Assembly: GCA_040285855.1 (NCBI GenBank)
Contig: JAUFOQ010000005.1
Coordinates: 1,736,001 to 1,800,000, forward strand
From: Eukaryota sp. GEM-RC1
Taxonomy: Eukaryota
Length of the DNA: 64,000 nucleotides
Reading direction: 5' to 3'
Shown here: in pieces, positions 11,922 to 22,053 of the stretch
Position numbering within the stretch: position 1 is the first letter of the stretch
Layout of the letters: every line of letters begins with the position of its first letter
Program-made: the position numbers and the translations under genes
Notes under the pieces: generated by a model
Told to the model about the DNA's origin: nothing
The model's database searches: none
What the model saw: only the letters and a program-made list of their open reading frames with translations

Positions 11922-14900
11922 TTTCCCTCCCACTTGCCTTCTGGCAATTTTCTTCCAAAATCTGCTTCTCATCATCTTCCCAAAAAAACCCCTGACCTAT
12001 AAATCGTTTCAGTGGTAAGTCGGCTTCGTTTCTTTCATCATCTTTTTCTGCTGCGAGACCTCTGGTTGCTCCTCATCATGTCACTTCTTTATCTTCTTCT
12101 TTGTCTCAGCGAAACCCGTATCCTCCACTTTCCAATAGATTGGTTATGAGAAAGTCCTTCTCCAATTTGAATGCTCCTTCTCTTTCTGATCAATTGCCGT
12201 CTGCTGTTTTTTCTGATTCTCCTGCTCCTTGTACACCTTCTTTGCATCAAGTTACGATTCCGGTTTTTCATGTAAGCCCTTTAGCTGAGAAAGTGCACAA
12301 TTCATCAGTTGGTCTTAATTCTTCTTCATATTCTGCTTCACGCTCTTCGATGTTTAAAGCTTCCTGTGATGTTGTTGACCCTCCTGTTCAACCTGATTTA
12401 ATTGTAAAAGAAATTTCATTGAAACCAATTAAGACTTCTAGGTGTTGTTCTAATTGTGACCAGTCTGGCCATTATATTACAACATGTCCAGTAGCCAAAG
12501 AAGAACAGTTAAAACTTCAGTCTGATTCTTTTTCTCTCAAATCATCTCTTGACCTTGACTCCTTTGATACTCCTAATTCTGAAGACCTTGATTCCGCTGG
12601 CTTACTTCTTGCTTCAATTAGTGACTTGACAGAAAAACCAGCGACTAAAAATTCTTCTAGTTGTGCGTTTTGTCATAAAATTGTGACTGATGTGTTTAAT
12701 GGTAGACCCCTTCTTTTTTGTAAATCTTGTACAACGATCGATTCTGTGCGTTGTCCAGTTAAAATTCCAGTTGAATCCAGTCCTTCGGCTTCTATTTCTC
12801 TTGCTATGGAATTACAGGCATTTACGTCAAACCTGAACCTGTGGAACATCACGAGGTTCTGGAAGTTCTTGCCAAAAAGAACAAAATGATGTTATGGAAA
12901 TCAAGTTTTGAAAAAGCTAAATCATTTTTCAACCTTAAGGTGGTTCGGAAATTATGTCTTCGTGGTCGTTATAATTCTGGAGTTAAGTCTATCTTTTCTT
13001 CAGCTATGGCTAATCCAAATTCTGAAACGGTTCAGAAATTAATTAAATTGCATCCAAAAGAAGAGTTTTTGTGCGTTAAACCTCAAATTTGTCAATTCTG
13101 GATTGATAATCCTATTTTCCCAACTGAAGTTGCAAATGCTATTGCTAGACTTCCTAAAGGTAAAGCAGCTGGACCTTCAAGTATTTCATTTGATTTGTTG
13201 AAAGCTGCTTGCAAGGCAGCTCCAGAAATTTCTAAAGATCTTGCTAATTACTTTCAACAGATGGTTTGTTTGAAAGTTATTCCTCCAATTGAATTGACTG
13301 CTGCTCGACTTATTGCTTTAGTAAAACCAGGTAACGAAATTAAGCCTGATGGAATCCGTCCAATTGCAGTTGGAGAATCAATTTCTCGTTTATTCGCATC
13401 AATTGTGTTTAATCGAGTGGTCGATTAAGCGGGTCGCTTTTGTCTCCATTTCAATTTGGAATTAGGACAATTGACGGGGTTTCTGTTGCTGCCTTAACAT
13501 CAGATTTGGTTTTCAATTCACATGATGATAATTTCATTTTTAATCTTGATTTTAAAAATGCCTTTAATTCAGTTAGTCGTAAATCTGTTTTTGCTGCTAT
13601 TGAAAAAGACTTCCCTGAGTTGACGTCCTACTTTTATTTATTTTATGGAAAACCAAGCGATTTAATTTATGATTCATATTCATTGAAATCTATGTCTGGT
13701 GTTAAACAAGGAGATCCTCTTGGTCCTCTTTTTTTTTGTTTGGCTATTCATGATTCGCTTTTGTGTATTTTAAAAAAATACCCAGACCTTAAGATAGTTG
13801 GTTATATGGATGATATTTCTATTATTGGTCCCCTTGAATTGTTAAAAAAAGTCGCTGTGGAAGTGGCTGATATTTATGAAACATTGGGTTTATCTCTGAA
13901 CCCAGACAAATGTTTATTAATTGGTAGATCTGCACAAGAATTATTTATTAATGGAGTTCAGATTCCATTCATCAATTATGTTGAAGATGCTTTTCGTTTT
14001 CTAGGATGTTGGCTTGGGAATGTTCCTAAAATTTCTCAAGAATTATCTAATTGTTTGGACAAAATTGGTTCAGAACTCAACACAATTTCTTCATATGATA
14101 TTGAAAAACATATCAAGTTTTTTATTTTAAAAATTTGATACTCCGGAAGAATCACACATCTTTTGAGATCTACTGCTCCTTCAATTGCTCTGAACTTTTG
14201 TAGATCTTTTAATGAATTGAGGATCAATTTTTTGCTTCATTGTTAGAAGTTGATTCAACGTTACTTAGAAGTCATTTGTTTACTTCTGCTCATTTTGGTG
14301 GTATTGGATTTACCAAATCTTCTATTCTTTGCAAATCTGCTTTTTTAGGCGGTGGAAAAATTTCATTTTTGAATTTGTGAATCGATTTCCTAATGATGTT
14401 TTACTTATTAACCCCAATTCATGTAAATATTTATTTGACTTAAACGAAGCGTTAATCAAATTACCTTTTGACGTTTGGTCTCAGTGTTTTCCAGAATCTG
14501 TGGCTGAAATACCTGAAAGATCTTTGACTAATCTTCAGTTCTGTCTGAAAAAATTACAACAGAAACTCACAAATATTTTTGAAAGCTTGGATTATAATGT
14601 TCGACTTGGCATGACCAAGGAAAAAAATCCCGTTTTGCAAATTTCTTAACGGATGTTTCTAATAGCTCTGCTTCATGTCTGATTACTCAAATCCCTCATG
14701 TTTACGGTCTTCTTCTTGATGATAACTCTTGGTCATTAAACATGCGTTTACGGTCATATGTTTGGCCTGATAACCTTCCACATAATTGGAAATGCCAATG
14801 TAGGCAATCTGTAACACCTTCACATTTATTGAATTGTAACCGTTTTACTTCTTTTAGAAGTAAGGTTCATGATTCGGTAAGGGATCAATTATATTGTATG

Positions 14901-15524
14901 TGTAAATCTTATGGAATTGTTTCCTTTTTAGAACCAGTTCTGGCTGGTTTGTTTGATGATACCGATGTTGACAAATCGTTTGCCAATAGCCGTGGTGATG
15001 TCATATTTCCTGGTCTAGATGGATCTTTCATTATTGTTGATGTTATGTCGATCGATGTTTGTAATCATTCCAACAGGAAACTTGCTAAATCTAATACTAA
15101 CAACCCCTTGTTGATTGGTGAAAAATTTAAAATGCAAAAATATTGTGCTAAGTTGTAATTATTGAATTCGACTTCTCACTCGAATTACTTGTTGTACCCC
15201 TTTGTATTTTTATTTTCACTCTACAGTTCTTTAGGTGAATCTGCAACATCATTACTTGAAATTTTTGTGAAGATTGTAACAGAAAAAACATCTAGGACTT
15301 TTGATCTTAGATTTTGGAAAAGTCGAATCGTGTTTGCTATCTTTAAAGGTATGGTGACTTCTATATCCAGCGCTTTATTATCTCTTGGCAGACATTATGA
15401 AGATAAGGTAGGTGAAAATTTCCAGTTAGGCAATCTGGACTTTGAGGATATTGATTATTAGATGTATGTACACTGTAGTGTTGTTGTCTATTACTTTTAG
15501 AATAAAAAATCTTTGAGGAAAAAA
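11922..15524 (+). mobile_element. Near full-length, decayed non-LTR retrotransposon with C-terminal restriction-like endonuclease (CRE/SLACS/CZAR-like)
   Basis: AATATTTT at 11914-11921 and 15525-15532 (TSD; the empty site is seen in other units), AATAAA at 15501 and A-tail at 15519-15526; CCHC, RT and RLE motifs. Confidence 0.9.
12101..15461 (+). pseudogene. Disrupted single ORF of the non-LTR element: CCHC knuckle, RT, zinc motif, RLE
   Basis: CSNCDQSGHYITTC; IRPIAVGE, QFGI, LDFKNAFNSV, GVKQGDPLGP, YMDD; CQC..HLLNC, HDSVRD, RGDV..DV. Split into at least six ORFs by stops and frameshifts. Confidence 0.88.
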
Positions 15525-15715
15525 AATATTTTGTACTTTACTTCAAACAAGACCCGATTTTGTTGTTTCATGTATTTAATTATAGAAGTATTATTTTATG
15601 ACAGTTGTTACTATTTGTTTTTTTGTCTAATGTTTCTATTTGTGTCGATAATGAAAAAACAAAAACGGTGACTAAAGTTTTGAAGGACAATTTTACTACT
15701 ACTGCACTCTTCACA

Positions 15716-15778
15716 AACAATTAGTCTGAATTCATAATGAGTCTGTATCATTTATAAGTCTGAATCAGACTAATTGTT
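15716..15778. repeat. 14-bp inverted repeat enclosing three AGTCTG direct repeats at 17-bp spacing; also present in the other long spacers
   Basis: AACAATTAGTCTGA 15716-15729 and TCAGACTAATTGTT 15765-15778; AGTCTG at 15723, 15740, 15757; homologs near 23015, 38055, 43410, 48262 and 63305. Confidence 0.7.
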
Positions 15779-16784
15779 GTTTGACCTCGTGAGGAGTGTT
15801 CATTACGGTTCAGTTAAATGGTGTTGTAGCCCTTTTTCAACTTTTGTTCCTAGACAATTTGACTTACTTGACGTATTCAGCCCGTGTCATCCATTATTAG
15901 CACTTGCTCGAAAGACAATTCGGCCACATATCAATTTTGAAGAGGTACTGCGGTAGCGGATCAGTCCTGTTTGTGGATGTCTTTGGTATTCATCCACTAT
16001 TTAAGGTGTTCGTCACCAGATCTTTGTTAGAAAAATAAAGCAGAATCTGAAAATCCGTAAATATAACCAACTGGTTAATTCTGACACTTTTTGTATAATG
16101 TGGAGGTATTTTAAGTTAATGAGCGAACAATTACAAATTGTATTATACACTGTCCAAACTCTTCATACACCCCATTTTGCTTACCTTTGTTTAGTATATA
16201 TCCATGATTCTCGAAATAAACCGATTTTGAAATATTTCTCTCTCTTTCATCAGGTTTTACCAATCTGATCTACTCATTGTCTCTATTTAAACCAGAGTTT
16301 GCTGTTTTTGAGAGGTATCATGTATAACAATAACCGATCTATACACACAAAGAAGTTTTTTTTGAGGTGCCCTGGATTATACCATTGATTTGCACAGCTT
16401 ACATATATCAATGTAACGGAGGTGCAACGATACAGTAGAAGTGATGTCCGTCTATTCAGAGAGATTGTTAACGAAAGAGTTTTCCCCATGTTAGATCTAT
16501 TTTCATCTAAAGCAGTTCTTGACATGCAACTCAGATCATTACTTTCAGCCTTTTAGCCCGCGCCTATTTTGAAGACGAAATATATGAGTCAAACAACTCA
16601 TCAGCATCTAATATGTTACCTAAGTAAAATGTGTAATACAAAATTTTAGAAACATATGCTAGGATGGTTTCTATATCATGAGCACGTCCAAATTGAGTGT
16701 ATATTGGTATGTTAGTGTAGAGAACATTTGCAACATCATATCAATTGTTAAAGATATATTTTTCATCAGTTAATGATAAACTAA

Positions 16785-17517
16785 TTTTTTTTTTCATACA
16801 TCCCCTTTATTAAAAACATTAAAATAAACACAAATACTAGAATTCAATATCATTAAAGCAACAATCATTGCCATTAAAACTCACATCAGCTTTTTCTTCA
16901 TAAAAAACACTGAGAGCTAATAGAGCTTTTGAAATCATGATAGGAATTGTTTTAAATATTTTAAAAACAATACGATTCAACCAAAATTTGAAATCAAATT
17001 TCTTGTTCATTCTTTTTTGACCACTTTCTCAAAATCAGAGAGAAAACAAAGAGCATCTCTACCAAGTCGACCATAAATTGAAATTGCAAAAGGACATAAT
17101 TTGTACTCAACATGTCTAATATGTTTGAGAGCAGTCAGTGGTTCATCATATTTGTTTCTCTTGTATTGTTCTGAAGAATTCAGTGGAGAAACTTCAGTTT
17201 TAGCATCCTTGAATGCACTTTTTTTGCAAACATCCACAGTAATCACATCAACAACGGTTAGTTCATCATTAACTGATGGAACTATAACATCAGCTCTTCG
17301 TTTACCAAAAGTCTTATCAGAATCACTATTTTTTGAATTATTGATTTCCAGTGATCTCAACAGTGGCTCAACGAAAGATTCGATTTTGTAGGACTTACAC
17401 ATTGCATGAATTTGATCTCTAACAGCATCATGAATACAAGTTCTATAAGTAATGAAACGATTGCAACTCAAAAGGTGAGAAAAAGTAACTAATTTACCAC
17501 ATTTGCATTGAAGATCA
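16785..17517 (-). mobile_element. 5'-truncated non-LTR (RLE) retrotransposon, a second family, with poly(A) tail
   Basis: T10 at 16785-16794, AATAAA on minus at 16806-16811; ORF 17007-17549 with CKC..HLLSC, HDAVRD, RRADV..VDV, KRNKY, PFAISIYGRLG. Confidence 0.88.
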
Positions 17518-18656
17518 TTACAAGAATCCTTAACTAGAGAAAAGACCATGAGAGCCGAAGCAGAGAAGAAGCTTCGTGTTGAACAGGAACAACAAGCTTT
17601 ACGTATGCGTATGTCTCCTGAAGATCGCGCTCGTGAAGTAGAAAGACTTGTTGAGTCTAACGGTATAGGTTTCCATCGAGACGCTATACCCGACAGACTA
17701 ATCCCATGGGTAACTCCACATGATCAGAACGTTTCAATCTCTGATGCTGACATGTGGCTCCTTGCGAAATTCCGTCCATGGCATCCAGTCATCAGGAACC
17801 GCATGCCACCAAGTAGTCATTACTTGCTGAGGAACGTTCCACCTGGTATCAATCCTTCCCTAATCGAACAATTCTTAGGTGGGTTATACAACAGGGATGC
17901 TGGAGACACGTACCGTTTCCCCTCAGACAGTTCCTGGGATCCAAGACATGGTATCATCATTGAACCCCTCGAACCCAAATTCAGCTCTGACGGCCTAAAT
18001 GTTACGTATGAGTATACTGCGTGGTATCAACACTGCCTTAACAACCAGTCCCAGATCTACCACAACGTTGCTATTAGTACTAAATGGTTATCTCCTAACC
18101 ACAAGTACTCCCATCTGCCAGTGTCTTCTTTCCGTGATGGCAATTCTAGGTTAGAAGCCCCAGATGTCGACTCTACTCGAATTATACCCTTCAACGGTAT
18201 TGGTGGTTCCCAGAGAGTTCTCCCACTTGCAGCTGGTGCTCTAAGTGAGGTTGGAACTGTAACGCCTAACCAAGACGAGCTAAGCCGAACTGAACGCCTT
18301 ACTCCTGTAACTCCTGGTGAGGTAGAACATCCTGAAGTCGTCGATAGATTTTCAATTGACGATGAAGGCTTCAGGTCCAGAAATGACGAATCAACCGCCA
18401 AATTCGACGAAGAGAATGCTAGTACGCGCTACGTAGCCCGTATGGAGCATGAGAATGTGTACCGCAAACCAGCCGCTTTCGCCCAAGGTCACAACAATGC
18501 CGATTCATCAGTGATCCACAAAGATGACCTGCTGAAAGCTAGAAAAGAACGTGCTGCTAGATTGATTGCCAAAGCTAAACAGAAACGATTGGATGCAGAA
18601 CATCAATCAAAATAGATTTACCTTCCCCCATTCTTTACCCATACCTTCTGGTATCA
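17518..18656 (+). mobile_element. Ty3/gypsy fragment: internal gag piece (17518-18613) joined to the last 40 nt of the LTR (18617-18656)
   Basis: ORF 17548-18615 nearly identical to the gag of the 31050-37841 element; TTTACCTTCCCCCATTCTTTACCCATACCTTCTGGTATCA equals the element-sense 3' end of its LTR. Confidence 0.9.
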
Positions 18657-19224
18657 TATATCCATGATTCTCGAACTAAACCGATTTTGAAGTATTTTTC
18701 TCTCTTTCATCGAGGTTTTACCCATCTGATCTACTCATTGTCTCTACTTAAACCAGAGTTTGCTGTTTTTGAGAGGTATCATGTATAACAATAACCGATT
18801 TTTACACACAAAGAAGTTTCTCTTTTAAGGTGCAGTGGATTATAACATTGATTTGCACAGCTTACATACATCATTGCAATGGAGGTGCAACGATACAGTA
18901 GAAGTGATGTCCGTCTATTCAGAGTGATTGTTAACGAAAGAGTTTTCACCATGTTAGATCTATTTTCATGTATAGTAGTTGTAGACATGCAACTCAGATC
19001 ATAAATTTCAGCCTTTTAGCCCGCGCCTATTTTGAAGACGAAATGAATGAGTCAAACAACTTATCAGCATCTAATATGACACTTAAGTAAAATGTGAAGT
19101 ACACCATTTCAGAACCATATTCTAGGATGGTTTCTATATCATGAGCAAATATAAATTGGGTGTATATTGTGATTTTATTGTAGAGAACGTTTGCAACATC
19201 ATATCAATTGTTTAAGCTAGATTT

Positions 19225-20075
19225 TGTATCAATCAATGATGAACTGACGGGTATTGATCTGATTACTGTTGATGGTTGCAAAAAAGTGCATTTAAGCATA
19301 CTGACAATGAAGTTTCTCCACTTCATTTTTCACAACAATACAAGAGAAACAAATATGATATTCCCCCGGCTGTTCTCAAACATAAAGAGAAAGTTTTTTT
19401 ATTGGAAGAAGAAAAAAGGCAACCAGGACAAAGGACACAGTTGAATGAATTTAAACGTTTTACTACGAGTTCAATATTATATGATGTTGTTTCAATGACA
19501 ATTATCCAAGAATGTTTTATGTAGGATGAAAAAATTCGCTCACAGTAACGCTATTCTTCTGAATAGAGAATTCTTGGTTATAAAACCAAGTGGAGATACA
19601 GATTAAAGTAAGATTGCGGATTTCATGGGAAAATCGAACCAATTATAAATATCTTTGTCTAACTCAATTATGAGAAACAAGAGCAGAAGTCATTTGATCG
19701 TTTCTTGGTTGTTCTCTCAGGAAATAATTGTGAACTTTACTAATGTTGATCCGTGTAACTCAACTTCTGTTAACAGAATTTTAGACGAAAACTATTCATC
19801 TCTTGAAACTGTTCAAAAAAAAGACAGATCGTTATGTTGAATTAATTTCCAAGATTAATTCTCGCCGACACAATCCTTTTGTTTTGCATTCTTTTGCTAT
19901 TTCTCTTTATGGGACGTTTGGCTTCTAGGTCAACAATTTCTCACAGATTTTGGCAGATTGTGTAAGCAGTATGGAAAGAATTTTAATGAAAGTTACTGGA
20001 GAGGAAGGTTGTCGTTTTCCCTTTTCAAAGCATTGCCTGGGTATTTTGATTCGATTTTGAACCATCTTTTGCATT
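19225..20075 (+). pseudogene. Two degenerate non-LTR RLE-domain relics in the spacer upstream of gene B (homologs at about 24070-24920, 39110-39965, 44470-45325, 49316-50165)
   Basis: ELTGIDLITVDGC..KSAFKHTDNEVSPLHFSQQYKRNKYD matches ELTVVDVITVDVCKKSAFKDAKTEVSPLNSSEQYKRNKYD of ORF 17007; second relic has VDPCN..KKTDRY..FAISLYGTFG. Confidence 0.75.
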
Positions 20076-20255
20076 GAGACATGAATTTGAGATGATGTAG
20101 AGGGATTGGTATCGCATTTATTGATATTGATGATACATTGTAGTTTGTGTTTGTATGAGTACTAGTAAATAACATGCGTTTTCAGATTATACTAATAATA
20201 GAAAGTCCTCATTTCTTAGACCTTCAATAGTCATCCCACGCTCTGATCCTTTGAA

Positions 20256-22053
20256 ATGAGTCGTTCGCTCCCTTCCACTGTCTCCTGTGTGGTGTCTAAC
20301 TGTGATGAACTGTCGATATTAGCTTCATCCACTCCTCCTCCCTCTAAACGCATCCATGCTCAGCAGACTTTATTGGTTCTCATCCATCTCCACTTGCTGA
20401 GACGTCTTCTCAAGCGTAATTTTGAAGATAATCATGATGGAACTAATCCTCAACTCGGAGGTTTAAAAACAGCATTACCTACATTCTTTGGACAAGTTGG
20501 TTATGTAAGTCACCACTTCCTCGATTCTTCATTCCAAGCAGTTAAAGTCTATTTTCAATTACACACCTTTCATGCTGATCTTGAACACCTTCCCAAACTA
20601 ATTTCACTTGCTTCTTTTTTTTGGAGTGGATCAACAATCTGTTTTCTTACACTCTGGCGAAACTTTTGAACTTGAGAAGTTTCTTAGTTATTCTGGTATA
20701 ATTACAGGATTGAGAATCGTACTAGTAGAACCCTCTGATTTAGAGTTTCTAAATAATTCTTCTTCTTTATTTCCACGTCTTAAGCAGCTAGAAGTAGAAG
20801 TAACAAGACGAAACACCTCTGTTTCTTTGTTATTGATTGAAGCGTTGAAAACCAATACCACAGTTACAGGTATTGATCTGAGATACAACTATATTGGAGC
20901 TGAAGGTGCCCAAGCTTTGGCAGAGACGTTGAAAGTTAATGCTTCAGTTACAAGTATTGATCTGACAAACAACTTAATTGGAGCTGAAGGTGCCCAAGCT
21001 TTGGCAGAGGCGTTGAAAGTTAATGCTTCAGTTACACGTATTGATCTTTGTACAAACCGTATCGGAGATGAAGGTGCCAGAGCTTTGGCAGATGCGTTGA
21101 AAGTTAATGCTTCAGTTGTAAGTGTTGAGCTTCGTATAAACCGTGTCGGAGATGAAGGTGCCCGAGCTTTGGCAGAGGCGTTGACAGTTAATACAACAAT
21201 TACAAGTATTGATCTCAGTTGCAGCTCTATTGAAGCTGAAGGTGCTAGAGCTTTGGCAGATGCATTAAAGGTTAATGCTTCAGTTACAAATGTTAATCTA
21301 ACTAGCAACTGTATTGGAGCTGAAGGTGCCAGAGCTTTGGCAGAGGCGTTGAAAGTTAATGCTTCAATTACAAGTATTGATCTAAGTTGCAGCTCTATTA
21401 GAGCTGAAGGTGCCAGAGCTTTGGCAGAGGCGTTAAAGGTTAATTCTTCAGTTACAAGTGTTATTCTAACTAGCAACAATATTGGTGATGAAGGTGCAAG
21501 AGCTTTGGCTTATGCGTTGACAGTTAATGCTTCAATTACAAGTATTGATTTAAGTTACAACTATATTGGAGCTGAAGGTGTTAGAGCTTTGGCAGAGGCG
21601 TTAAAGGTTAATGCTTCAGTTACAAGTATTTATCTCAGCTCCAACACTATTGGTGATGAAGGTGCCAGAGCTTTGGCAGAGGCGTTGAAAGTGAATGCTT
21701 CAGTTACCAGTGTTGATCTAGGTGGAACATCTATTGAAGATGAAGGTGTCAGAGCTTTGGCAGATGCCCTGAAAGTTAATGCTTCAATTACAGGTGTTGA
21801 TCTAAACGAAAACTTAATTAGAGATGAAGGTGCTAGAGCTTTGGCAGATGCATTAAAAGTTAATGCTTCTGTTACAAGTATTGATCTGAGGAACAGCCAC
21901 ATTGGAGCTGAAGGTGCTAGAGCTTTGGCAGAGGCGTTGAAAGTTAATACTTCAGTTAAAAGTATTGATCTAAGATACAACGATATTGGAGATGAATGTG
22001 CCAGAGCTTTAGAAGAGACATTGAAAGTTAATACCATAGTTCACATAGATTAA
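20256..22053 (+). CDS. LRR gene B, 14 LRRs; frameshift at T8 tract 20615-20622
   Basis: ORFs 20256-20669 and 20608-22053; near-identical to intact gene F (45505-47301). Confidence 0.85.

Noticed and set aside
16283..16525. Short minus ORF (..ENRSNMVKTLSL..) repeated in several spacers
   Set aside because: Ends differ between copies and no recognisable domain; it might be another decayed element but this is not supportable.
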